A stretch of 64,000 nucleotides of DNA from Felis catus (Eukaryota): contig NC_058368.1 of the NCBI RefSeq assembly GCF_018350175.1, positions 89,096,001 through 89,160,000 of the forward strand. Direction: 5' to 3'. Position numbers and translations under genes: made by a program. The notes under the pieces are model-generated. The model did no database searches, was not told where the DNA came from, and was given only the letters and a program-made list of their open reading frames with translations. This document shows, piece after piece, positions 50,520-63,315 of this stretch (the first letter of the stretch is position 1; every line of letters begins with the position of its first letter).

Positions 50520-52350
50520 TCCGGGAGTACAGAGGTCATTCTTTTTTTGGATACAGGTCTTTATGTGCTTCCCGAGGACTTCAAATGGAGGTACCCATAT
50601 GCAGCCGGTGGATGGGGCACGGGGCCCTGTCCTTGCTGGAGATGCACCCTGATGTGCAGGGAGTAGCAGGTGGTGTCTGCCTTCCACATCTCAGCAGGGC
50701 TGTATCCAGAGTCACACAAGTGAACTCTGCCTGTGGCCTTGGCATTTCTGCTGTGACAGTTCCTTTTTTCCCCAGGCACTGTGGAGGACCCCAGGGGAAG
50801 GACAATAAAAAGGTCAAGATAAATGTTGCCAAATAGCCTGTCAGTGTGGTCACCATTTTTCTTCTCTAGCCTGAATCAATTCACGTCCTTTCAACTTCAA
50901 AATAGCTCTTGGCTGTCCGTAGAACAATGTTCCGTTTCACCAATGTTCCGTTTCACCATGTGACAGGAAAGATCCTTTGCAACTTGATCCCATCTATTTT
51001 TTTTTTACTTTAAGTTTTAATTTTAGTTCCAGTTTGTTAACATACAGTGTTACACTAGTTTCAGTTGCACAATATAGCATTTCAACGTTTCCATGCAATA
51101 CCAGCTGCTCATCATCACAAGTGCACTTTTTTTTAAGGTTTATTCATTTTTCAGAGACAGAGTGTGAGTGGGGGAGGGGCAGAGAGAGAGGGAGACAGAA
51201 TCTGAAACAGGCTCCAGGCTCCGAGCTGTCAGTACAGAGCCCGATCCGGGGCCGAACTCACATGGACAGCGAGATCATGACCCCAGCCGAAGTTGGAGGC
51301 TCAACTGACTGAGCCACCCAGGCACCCCTTAGGTGCACCTCTCCTCTGGTAACCATCAGTTTGTTCTCTACAGTTAAGAATCTGTTTCTTGCTTTGATTC
51401 TCTCTCTCACTTTTTCCCTTTGCTTGTTTGTTTTGTTTTTAAATTCCACATATGAGCTAAATCATATTACTTTGCTTCATATTTTTTGGTCAGCCTTCCC
51501 TTCTACTGCTCAGTTTCATAAACTGTCAGAGCAAGCCCATAGCCTTTTCCTACCCACACATGCTAACCACCTCTTTCCACTCAGATTGTCTGTCCCCTTC
51601 CCCTTGTCTTCATCATTATTTTGCTCCTGCTCCTGATCTTGTTTAATGTTCATTTTATGTTTAATCTATTCCTGAGCTCTCCTCTATTTCTCCAGCTCCA
51701 GGGACATGGACCCACCATTTGAGCTTGCTGCACAGCCCCTTTGCCATCCTAGGACATTTTTATGCATGCATAAGCCTATGATGCATGCAGCAGCCTGCCT
51801 GCACATGGAATGTCACCTTCAGCTCACTTCCACTGTTCTCACTTCCACTTACTCAAAGCCCTGGCTCCTGCACAGGCCCCTCCCCAAACATCAGGCATTT
51901 CTGGGAGTCCTTGAGAGCATCCTGCCTGTACTGAAGGTACCCTATGTCCCAGCTCTGACCTGCCCCTTAGGAAAGATATCAGGTAGGCGTACATCCAGGT
52001 GGCTGCACTGTGGCCTATGGTAATGGGGTAAGGTGAGGTATGCTTGCTTCTTCTTTGTTGAGCTCCACTCCATTGGAGAAATCCCAGTTCAGTGCCCAGA
52101 GAAATCCCAGTTCCAGAAATCCTTGGAAATCTAGTTCCAAGTTGTATGTGAATAGCTCTTGCAGGTTTTACTTATGGCAACTTCTCCAAGTCTATCTTCT
52201 TTACTGCCCTTGCCATGCAGAGAAGGGTATAGCTGGTTAAGAGCTGGGCACCAGCCATTAGTGCATAGTCCAGTCCAGTCTCTGCATCTTTGTGCCATTG
52301 AGCAGAGAGGGGCTAGCTGAGGATGGCCATCTTCTCTCCGTGGGGCCCCA
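50520..52350 (-). pseudogene. Possible highly decayed butyrophilin-like gene remnant (leader/IgV/IgC/TM/heptad-like pieces)
   Basis: Manual translation gives BTN-like motifs in the correct order (see findings), but each needs indels; not statistically tested. Confidence 0.3.
50997..51470 (-). mobile_element. Carnivore L1 3' end containing a Can-SINE (51127-51328, minus)
   Basis: agtttgttaacatacagtgttacactagtttcag...ctggtaaccatcagtttgttctctacagttaaga; gtgcac flanks the SINE on both sides. Confidence 0.88.
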
Positions 52351-52599
52351 AAAATCTCAGGCAACCAACTGGACTATTTTCTCCCTGCTCTGAGTCTCTG
52401 CAATTCACGGTCTCTGCAAAGCTTCCAGCTACCTTTCCCCTCCTTCTAAGACCTTAGGGGGATATTGTCTATGGAAATTCAATTCATGATTTTTCTCACA
52501 GAGACAGGATGTGACAGAGACTTCCTCGTTTTGTTCTCTCTATCTTTTTATATAGCAAAGAGAAGAGCAAGCAGAATGTATATTAAGGTAGAAGGTGGG

Positions 52600-52773
52600 T
52601 GGGTGGGTAATTCTGTCACAGATGAGTTGGTCCCCTGAACTTAGCTACCAGCTCATGTCCAGGGGACCTTAGTATCTGAGACCAAGACATTTTACTACAG
52701 TCATGTCTTTTGCAGGGAGCTAAGATCACCAGGAATCATCTGCCATTTCAGACCCTTTGCTGCTTCCTGCCAG
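52600..52773 (+). other. Candidate non-coding exon 1 and promoter of the BTNL9-like gene
   Basis: Good donor CCAG|GTATGT (GT 52774-52775) and TATA-like tttatata at ~52547. The leader exon begins with an acceptor, so an upstream exon is required. Confidence 0.45.
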
Positions 52774-54249
52774 GTATGTGGCTCATTCTCAACACCTATC
52801 TAAACCCCCACCTTCCAGAAATGGAAAGAAGAAAATGATGGCTTTGAAGAGAGGACAAGATGAGTTGGCACCATCTTATAGACTGAACCTGGCTGCAGGA
52901 TGGGTTGTTTCAAGTGTGGCTAAGAGGAGATATTCATTCAGGCAGGTCCACCTGAGGAGGTAGGATTCTGATGGTCTCCATTCCCCCCTCCAGCCTCCCT
53001 AAGGTCCTTTCTTGGGGCAGTTCATCTACCTTGGAGACAAGGGGTGGGAATCTTGTGGTTCAATTGAAATCAAACCAGAGTAAGCCAGTGAGCATTAATT
53101 GACAGCTTGTGGAGGGCAAAACATTGCAGTGGGTACTGGAGGGGGAGAGGGTGGGAGAGTACTCTACCCCTCAAGGTGTACAGACTGAGATGCAGGAATG
53201 GGAGAAGGACAAACACACTGCTGTTACACAGCCCAAGCTCATGGGAGTGGTAAAAGTAAAAAATAATCTTTAAAGAGATACTTAAGAGCTGAGGGAATGC
53301 AAACTAAGAGAACATCAAGTATTGTTTAGGAATTGGAGATGCAGAAAGAGACTGGAATGGGGTTTGGGTGAGGCCAGGGAGAAAATGAAAAGAAAAGAAG
53401 GAAGGGGAGAAATGGGCTGCCTCCCTGGGTGGAGGGTGGTGGCATTTCTTTATCTTCAGTGTGTGCAACCCTTACTCCTCCAAGTGTATTCAGGAGACAC
53501 CCCAGAAGATCCAGGAGAATATAGAGAATATGCCCCACCTGCAAAGATTAGCTCCAGACCAAGACTCTTTCTGGCTGTCTTTCTCTTTCCTGGGTCCTCA
53601 ATCTTCCTCCGATATCCTATGTCTCCAGACTCTGTCCCAAGCAAAACCTCCTCACCAGAAATAGTCTGCAATCTATACTGTGGTGTGAATAGCTGAGATC
53701 CGAAAGTGTCTCCCCTCACAGGGTACTTGCACTCCTGTGAGGATTAGAGCCTTTAAGCTGGACAGTGAGTTCAGAAAAGGCGAACTTCAGGCAGCAGGTG
53801 GGAAGAAGTGGGGCCCTTTAGGGCACTAAGTGGCATTCAGCTCCTCTGAAGTTCCTTCAGGAAATCACCAGTCTTCCTCCAATTTAAGGCTTTGCAATGC
53901 CTTGTGCATTGGGAGCAAAGTGATCACAGGGCATGTCCCTCCTGTCCAAGAAGATGCTTTTGGCAAGGTCTGAGGAAGACTCCAGTTTTGAGTTGTTTTA
54001 TGAGTAGTGGGAGATTTGGGGTTTTATTCATTAGTTGCTTGGTTGCTCATGCTTGGTTGCTTGGTCTTGTGGCTGACACCTGGGGATTCAGTCTGTTTCT
54101 GCACTGTATGTGAGATGCTGTGAGTGCTGTAGTCAGGTGGTCCCTAACAGGAGCCATGTTCTGGGGCACAGGAAAACTGAGGGTGCATCCAGCCCTGGCA
54201 AACTACAGAGCTGGTGAGGAATCTGCATCCAGGCAAGTGAGAGCTTGTC

Positions 54250-54346
54250 TTCCCCCAATTCTACCACCTCCTAGCTGTGTGTGAAGGCAAATTGCCTAGA
54301 CTTCCTATGCTTCAGTTAACTTGTCTTTGACTCAGACTTATTAGTG

Positions 54347-54377
<31 letters not shown>

Positions 54378-54440
54378 CTCCTTGTGTAGGTAAGTGCTTG
54401 GTAGATAGTAAGTGTTCAGTTCATATTAGTTTTTATTATG
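54250..54440 (+). mobile_element. MIR fossil with (TAA)n expansion
   Basis: ctaccacctcctagctgtgtg...ggcaaattgcct...gcttcagtt...tagtaagtgttcagt. Confidence 0.65.
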
Positions 54441-56579
54441 GTGCACATGTATGCCTGTGTGTGTGTGTGTGTGTGTGTATGACCTCCTTCCCCTGTAGCC
54501 TTAGTGATGGAATTCACATGGGTGTATCACAACAGAGAACTGTGGTCACATTAATCATTCCTGGGCCTGGAACACTGACTGCCCCCCAAGAGGTAGGGAA
54601 AGCAGGGCATGTGCTCCTCCTCTGAGGCCCACCTGCCCATAACTATGAGCCTAATGCTCTGTCTCTGTGTGGTAGGAGAACCCGAGTTACCACCTAACAC
54701 AAGTCTTGACTGATTCCTCAAAATCTGACTCATCTAAATGGATCCATAAATAGTCTATGAGCCCCTCATGTTTTGCAAAGTACTAGCTGGTGCTGATATA
54801 CCTTCATTGCTTTGCCTTCATGGGGTTCTATCTTGAGAGTCCAGGAAACACTGAGCCATAAAGTACAAGAGAAGGGAACAGGGAGAGGGAGAGAAAATGC
54901 AAAGCCAGGGTGATCTTCCTGTTCTGGAATCCTTTGCTGCCAGTTTATTGTCATCACCAAAAGGGGAAGATGCTGGTCTGGCAAGAGCCTGGACCTCAGT
55001 CCACAGCCATTTATGCTGGCTATTCTATAACTAGTGATTCCAATAGCTACTGGCCATGAAAACAGTCCAGCCCTCTCTGGGGGATCTAACATTCCCTGCT
55101 GAAGGGTCCCTTTTGAAGCATTAATGGAGCTGTTCCAACTTGCCCTTCTGCCTGCCCACCTGCATGTTAGCTCCAGGAGGGGAGGGCTTCACAGGCCATT
55201 GCCCACTCACTGTTGTATTCCCATTGGTTGGGTCCTTCCAGTTCAGGGATTTCCCTCTCCCCCCAACTTATACACACCATTAACTTGCTTATATACCTCC
55301 TCTGACCACTCCTCTGCTATAGGATCCAGCAGCTTTTAAAGTCTTTACTTTACACCCTGATGATACTATTGCTGTGTGGGTAGTGTTTTGCAGCCACAGG
55401 ACACCAAGAACATGTTTTCAGGAGAAGGAGAACAAAGCAAAGGGGTGGGGTGGCAGAAAAAGGAGAAGGGGAGACTGGAGGGCTGAAGAAAGCTTCCTTC
55501 CCCTTGCGGGTATTATGATGGAGTGAAAGGAGAAGGGTGCAGTCTCTAAAAGAAGATGGAGAACAAGAAGTTTGGAAAGTGGAGGCAGAGAGAGAGGAGG
55601 TGCTGGCTTTTATTTATTAAAGAGCATCTAGCCCTCCCATGGAAGGCTTAATGACCCCTGAGTCAGCATTGGTTTCTTCCATTGTTCAGGCAAAGAAATC
55701 AAGGTTCAGCCAGCTATAGAACCTGCCTAAAGTCCCACCACTAAACTGAGGAGAGATGTGGAAAAGCTTGTATGTCTCCCAAGATGTATGGGCTGCCCAC
55801 ACTCACTGGCTATCAGACTGTGAAATGTTACCACAGGTCCCATGGGAGTTTCAGGACTGAAAGGGGACATCCCTTGCCTATGCTAGGGCTGAGTCTATTG
55901 GACCCCTAATGGGGGTGTGGCTAGATGGGATGACTCCATTAATGTGGCCTAGAAGACATGTCTTTCAGGGACAGAGACAGTCACCAGCTGACCTCATGGA
56001 GGCTTCACTTGAGGTTTTAGGACTGGAGGAAGGTGTCTTAGCTGTGGTTGGAGCTGGCAGGCTGCTGTCAGGCATGCACCCCACTTCTGAACAATCAGAA
56101 CTCTGTTTGTTCCTCTGTTTGTGGACCTGATGTTCTAGGCCAAAGGGAAGTAGGGCAGGGAGAATGAAAATGCCTCTGAGAGTCCTTATAGATTTCCTTT
56201 TGTTTGGGGAAAGTCACTCAGTCCCAGCTGAGCCCACACACAATGTGTGGCTCTATTCCTGACTCTAAACAATGAAAAACTGAGAAGCTGCTTCCTCTGG
56301 GACCCTTTGGCCTTGCCTCCTTGCAGCTCCATGAATCCAAGCATGGCCAGGAACACCACTAGCAGTGATACCTGGTAAAATTAGAAACAGCTCTCACATC
56401 CGGCTATGGTTTAAAAGAAGCCAAGCACTGGGATTAATAAGAACTATTATAAAAAGTAATTATAAAAAATAATAGAGGCAGCAACAGACCTCAGGCCTGC
56501 TGGGCTGTGTTCCAGCTCCTCTGCATCCATTCCAGCATCTCTTTGTTCCTCTCCAGGTGGCCCCCACTGCCAAGAAGAA

Positions 56580-56691
56580 ATGGTGGATTTCCCAGTCTTG
56601 CCAGACTTCTCCCAGCAAGTACCTCTGTCCAACAATCTCTTCTTATTCACACATCTCCTTCTTCTTCTTTGGCCTGAAGAGGTGAACTCAG
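56580..56691 (+). CDS. BTNL9: Butyrophilin-like 9, signal-peptide exon (coding part; exon starts at 56557)
   Basis: MVDFPVLPDFSQQVPLSNNLFLFTHLLLLLWPEEVNS resembles the BTNL9 leader as I recall it. Acceptor ctttgttcctctccag at 56541-56556; phase-1 donor TCAG|GT at 56692. Confidence 0.85.
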
Positions 56692-57655
56692 GTAGTGTGT
56701 CAAACTTGCAGCCCAGCCAGCCAGGCCATGCGCACCTCCACTTCTGCCCACCCCTCCTGCCAGGTGCTTCCAGAGCTGAAATCCATACCCTACCAGGCCA
56801 TGCCAAGTGCTCCACTCCCACATATAAGCCATAGCTTTTGAAGGGCAGGAAGGACCTCAGGCTTAACAGCTCTCATGAAAGAAGCAGCCAACAGAGATGA
56901 TACACTAATTATGCAAACATAATTCTCTAATTCCCTGAGCTGGAAACCAGGGATACCAAAATGATGAGGCACATCCCAGGTCCTTAAGAAATTCAAGGGA
57001 GGGGGACAGATGTGACATAAAATCTGTTCAGGGATGTGAACAAGGCTGCAAGAGAAACATACCCAAAGATTTGTGAGCACAGGTAAGAGACAAGCCTGTC
57101 TTTTCCAAAAAGCCAAGAAGAACCCTAGAGAGAAGGTACTGTTTGAGTGGACCCTTTAAGGACATATATTTTTCAAGAAGATGACAGATGGAGTGTTAAC
57201 TGAGGCAGGCCATGCCCCAAGGAGAGGGCCAGGCATCAGGTGTGGGTGAAGAGACAACTTGAGGGAATCTGAAAAGGGAAGCTAGTAGGAAGTGTGTTAG
57301 AGCTATACCCAGAGGGCAGAAAGGAGTCTCAAATGGGGCAAACAAAAAAAGTCACCACTATATTCTATGAGCAAAGTGAAGGATGGGAAGGATCCATGAA
57401 GGGAGAGCTTTGGGATTGGGTTTTAGCTGAGCTTCAAAGGAAGAAAAAGAGGTATGAGAAAAGGTGAAGCCAGAAAGAAGAGTGAGGGCATGCTGAGTGG
57501 CAGGAAACAATATGCAAAGGGACTGCTACAGGAATGGCAACTCTCATGGAAATTTCAAAAAACAGGGAGTAAAGGAACCACATGGAGACACCATTTACAA
57601 GGGTGATCAAATAAAAAAATTCTAATAAAAATCTTGAAGGCAAGATTTGGCCTTT

Positions 57656-57880
57656 ATTTTTTTTTAAAATTTTTTTCAACGTTTATTTATTTTTTGGGAC
57701 AGAGAGAGACAGAGCATGAATGGGGGAGGGGCAGAGAGAGAGGGAGACACAGAATCGGAAACAGGCTCCAGGCTCTGAGCCATCAGCCCAGAGCCTGACG
57801 CGGGGCTCAAACTCACGGACGGCGAGATCATGACCTGGCTGAAGTCGGACACTTAACCGACTGCGCCACCCAGGCGCCCC
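57656..57880 (-). mobile_element. SINEC_Fc in BTNL9 intron
   Basis: Canonical reverse complement; TSD aagatttggccttta. Confidence 0.97.
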
Positions 57881-58478
57881 AAGATTTGGCCTTTAGATAG
57901 GAAAATCCATGAAGCAAGGAGCCCCCATAGATTATTTTAATACCTTTTGTTATTAGGGAAGCTGTACATGTGCATTATAAAAAATTAGAAAATCAGAGAA
58001 GGAAAAAATAAGAAAACATCTATTCCCATCATGCAGAAATTATCACCATCAACCATTTGGTATATCTCACTTCAGGCCTTTTTTTTCCTGCACATGTTTT
58101 TATGCAAACATGTCACTTTTTAATCAAATAAAAGAGTAGTGTACATATGGTTCTGAAACTTGCCTCTTTTTTTTTTTTTTTTTTTTTTGGTCAAAGATTT
58201 CTTTTCATGTAATGTCCTGGCTATATTTACATAACTGTCCCCAAAACAACATTTGCAACTGGTTGGTTCAAACAAATTACCACTCCAGCACCACACATTG
58301 TATCTGGTTGTAATATCCCTTGTGTATATTTTAACTTGGCATATTTGTGACAATTATTTCTTCAAGAAGCCAAGACCATTGTTCTGTAAAGTGTCTTACT
58401 TTTGTCATTTGAGTTTTTTACTATAGATTCCTGAGCTGCAAAGGAATGTGATAAAAATTTATCTTTGATGAGAACTGA

Positions 58479-58862
<384 letters not shown>

Positions 58863-58969
58863 TGACCTAGCCAAGCCCCAGTAGGAGAGACAGAGAAAGG
58901 GGTCCATTTGGACAGATTTGCTTTGCTCAAGAGTAGACAGAGAAACATGGAGAAAGGGAAAATATATCT

Positions 58970-59745
58970 AATTTAAAAAAAACTATTAAAAAGAAAGATT
59001 CTTTAGCAAACGAACAAAGTAAATGTTCACAAAAAATATATACAAATGGCCCTTAAACATACAAAAAGATGATCACCTTTACTCATCATGAAAGAAAGGT
59101 AAATTAAAGCTACCCTGATGCACAATATTTTACCTCAGAGATTGGCAAAAATTCAACAGTTTGACCATACAGGGGAAGCAGGCCTTCTGCTCTGTACCCT
59201 GATGATGAAGTTGAAAGCAAAACTCCAGTGCAGGGGGATTTGGCAATAGTTAACAGGATAGCTTGCACATCTACCGTTTAAACTGCAACCCCATCTCTAG
59301 GAGTTTACCCTGAAGATAAACCTCCTACAACTCCAATATGAAAAAGGCATACATATAAATTTAATCTTTGTAACATCATTTGTAATTGTACAACAGTGGA
59401 AACTACCTTAGTATCTAAGCGTAGGTGTTGACTATGTCACACATTGGAATGATCCACAGTATGCAGCTGAAAAAATGAGGAGGAGCTCTATGAACTGATG
59501 TGGAGTGACTTCTAGGTTGTTGGCAAGAGAAAAAAACAGGTGCAAAAGAGTTCTATAGCATTTAAACTTTTGTGGGAGGAAAAATAAACATTGCACAAAA
59601 GGAACACAGGAAGGATACACTAGGAACTAATGAAATTGGTTACCTGAGAGGGGGGAAGGTGCAGTGGATGGAAAGGATGGAGAAAGGTTTGGGGCTTTCC
59701 TGGTACACATTTTTTACAGTATGGCTCTTTAAATATGTTAATGTA
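58970..59745 (+). mobile_element. Old L1M 3' portion
   Basis: caaatggcccttaaacatacaaaaagatgatcacc...atgaactgatgtggagtgacttctagg. Confidence 0.75.
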
Positions 59746-61214
59746 TTTTTATTTTTTTAATACGAAATTTATTGTCAAATTGGTTTCCATACAACACCCA
59801 GTGCTCATCCCAACAGGTGCCCTCCTCAATGCCCATCACCCATCCTCCCCTCCATCCCACCCCCCATCAACCCTCAGTTTATTTTCAGTTTTTAAGAGTC
59901 TTTTATGGTTTGGCTCCCTCTCTCTCCAACTTTTTTTTCCCCTTCCCCTCCCCCATGGTCTTCTGTTAAGTTTCTCAGGATCCACATAACAGTGAAAATA
60001 TATGTTGTCTGTCTTTCTCTGTATGACTTATTTCACATAGCATAACATTCTCCAGTTCCATACATGTTGCTACAAAAGGCCATATTTCATTCTTTCTCAT
60101 TGCCAAATAATATTCCATTGTGTATATAAACCACAATTTCTTTATCCATTCATCAGTTGATGGACATTTAGGCTCTTTCCAATTTGGCTATTGTTGAAAG
60201 TGCTGCTGTAAACATTGGGGTACAAGTGCCCCTGTGCATCAGTACTCCTGTATCCCTTGGGTAAATTCCTAGCAGTGTTTTTGCTGGTTAATAGGGTAGA
60301 TCTGTTTTTAATTTTTTGAGGAACCTCCACACTGTTTTCCAGAGAGGCTGCACCAGTTTGCATTCCCACCAACAGTGCAAGAGGGTTCCTATTTCTCCAC
60401 ATCCTCTCCAGCATCTATAGTCTCCTGATTTGTTCATTTTAGCCATTCTGACTGGCGTGAGGTGGTATCTGAGTGTGGTTTTGATTTGTATTTCCCTGAT
60501 GAGGAGCGATGTTGAGCATCTTTTCATGTGCCTGTTGGCCATCTGGATGTCTTCTTTAGAGAAGTGTCTATTCATGTTTTCTGCCCATTTCTTCACTGGA
60601 TTATTTGTTTTTTGGGTGTGGAGTTTGGTGAGTTCTTTATAGATTTTGGATACTAACCCTTTTTCTGATATGTGATTTGCAAATATCTTTTCCCATTCTG
60701 TCGGTTGCCTTTTAGTTTTGTTGATTGTTTCCTTTGCAGTGCAGAAGCTTTTAATCTTCATGAGGTCCCAATAGTTCATTTTTGCTTTTAATTCCCTTGC
60801 CTTTGGAGATGTATTGAGTAAGAAGTTGCGGCGGCTGAGGTCAGAGAGGTTTTTTCCTGCTTCCTCCTCTAGGGTTTTGATGGTTTCCTGTGTCACATTC
60901 AGGTCCTTTTTCCATTTTGAGTTTATTTTTGTGAATGGTGTAAGAAAGTGGTCTAGGGGCGCCTGGGTGGCGCAGTCGGTTAAGCGTCCGACTTCAGCCA
61001 GGTCACGATCTCGCGGTCCGGGAGTTCGAGCCCCGCGTCAGGCTCTGGGCTGATGGCTCAGAGCCTGGAGCCTGTTTCCGGTTCTGTGTCTCCCTCTCTC
61101 TCTGCCCCTCCCCCATTCATGCTCTGTCTCTCTCTGTCCCAAAAATAAATAAAAAACGTTGAAAAAAATTAAAAAAAAAGAAAGTGGTCTAGTTTCATTC
61201 TTCTGCATGTTGCT
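59746..61214 (-). mobile_element. 5'-truncated feline L1 in BTNL9 intron (antisense)
   Basis: ORF2 C-terminal piece 60288-60896 and 3' UTR; degraded TSD aaatatgttaatgt / aaacatattaatgt. Confidence 0.95.
60956..61177 (+). mobile_element. SINEC_Fc inside L1
   Basis: Canonical; TSD aagaaagtggtcta. Confidence 0.97.
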
Positions 61215-61513
61215 AAACATATTAATGTTTTGCATATTCAAAATATAAAGTTAGCTCCTCAGGATGGAGAAATAAAGGAGTGCATGTGACACAGGCACTT
61301 GAATGCTGGTGGGATTCAAGAGACACAGAGGGCAATATATTGAAATTTGGGGTGGGATTTTTCTTTACTTCAAGGGACTGTCCCTTATGTAATATGACTA
61401 AATTCCAGCAGCTCTTCTTGGCCAAATAGCCCCCCATAATATTTCCAAATGTCCTTCATGGGTACTACTGTTCCCATGTCCCACATGCCACCATAAATTT
61501 AAAATATCATTTA

Positions 61514-61725
61514 TGGGCACCTGGGTGGCTAAGTAGGTTAATAATCCAACTCTTGATTTTGGCTCAGGTCATGATATCATGGTTTGTGGGATCGAGCCCC
61601 ATGTGGGGCTCTACACTGACAACATGAAGCCTATTTGGAATTCTCTCCCTCTCTGTCTGCCCCTCCCCAACTTGCACATGCAGATACTCTGTCTCTCAAA
61701 ATAAATAAATAAATAAACTTAAAAA
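61514..61725 (+). mobile_element. Older Can-SINE
   Basis: gggcacctgggtggctaagtaggttaa head and A-tail. Confidence 0.92.
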
Positions 61726-61867
61726 TAAACTGTAATTTACATTCCACAGGTGGGGGCTGTGAGCCCACATGTGTGTTAGGAGCAGTCACAGTCATGATTC
61801 CTTATAATGACTGCAGATGGTGAGTGGTGGCATGAACATCATGTACAACTTCTGGGAAGGAGCCTGA

Positions 61868-62308
<441 letters not shown>

Positions 62309-62706
62309 TGAAAAGTTAGTGATTTGGATATCAGGAACCTACTAAGAGTACAACAGGTACCACTCACCCAAACAGTATGCAGGGGAGGCCCCAGGGAACC
62401 AACTTATGCACTAAAGTCCATGCCCTAAAATCCGGAAACTATTAATTAGAGGTCATCATGAGATCCCATGTGTTCCTAATTGCATCCCTTACATGATATT
62501 TATTGAGAGCCCTCAATAAATATTGAACTCTTGCACTCAGGTTCACATTCCTGTGGAGAAAATACAAATAAAAGAGTGAATTATATTGTAAGGTTAGAGG
62601 ATGTTAGGTGCTAAAAAAAGTATTTTAGGTGCTGTACAGAAAATGAAGCAGGGAAGTGTGCTAGGGCATGGTAGGGTGTGTATGTGGATTTAAAAGTGGT
62701 AGGTCA

Positions 62707-62909
62707 GGGGCACCTGTGTGGCTCAGTCGGTTACGTGTCCGACTTCGGCTCAGGTCACGATCTCACGGTCGGTGGGTTCGAGCCCCGCGTTGGGCTCTGG
62801 GCTGATGGCTCGGAGCCTGGAGCCTGCTTCCGATTCTGTGTCTCCCTCTCTCTCTGCCCCTCCCCCATTCATGCTCTGTCTCTCTCTGTCTCAAAAATAA
62901 ATAAACGTT
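62707..62909 (+). mobile_element. SINEC_Fc
   Basis: SINE head and tail; TSD aaaagtggtaggtca. Confidence 0.96.
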
Positions 62910-63097
62910 AAAAGTGGTAGGTCAGGGAAGAAGATGGTTAGGCAATGAGCTGAAGGGTGAGGCCATTATCTAGGGCCAAAATTTTATTATAAGGCACACA
63001 CTGAAGGTTTTAATTTTCATGACCAATTGTTTTAAGTCTTGAGGATAAACCTAACCTATGGAGCATTTTTCACATTGGTATAAATAAAGTTATATTA

Positions 63098-63315
63098 CAG
63101 TTGACCTTAAACAATTCAGTGGGTTAAGAGTGCTGACCACTTTTGACTCCCCAAAACTTAATTATTAATAATCTACTGTTGACTGGCAGCCTTACTTATA
63201 ACACAAATAGGAGCTTAACATACATTTTGTATGTTATATGTATTATATGCTGTATTCTGACAATCAAGTAAGCTAGAAAAAAGAAAATGTTATTAAGAAA
63301 CCCATAAGGAAGAGA
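63098..63315 (+). mobile_element. Tigger2a-like DNA transposon fossil (5' part)
   Basis: TA followed by cagttgacctt..aacaa terminus; cttttgactccccaaaacttaa and aaaatgttattaagaaa..cataaggaagag motifs. Confidence 0.8.

Noticed and set aside
50581..50856. 91-aa minus-strand ORF read as a novel secreted protein (hydrophobic N-terminus)
   Set aside because: No promoter or exon support as a stand-alone gene; better treated as part of the possible BTN remnant, or as chance.
53710..53775. Alternative BTNL9 5' exon (ctcacag acceptor, CA|GTGAGT donor)
   Set aside because: Isolated splice-like motifs only; cannot be supported without transcript data.
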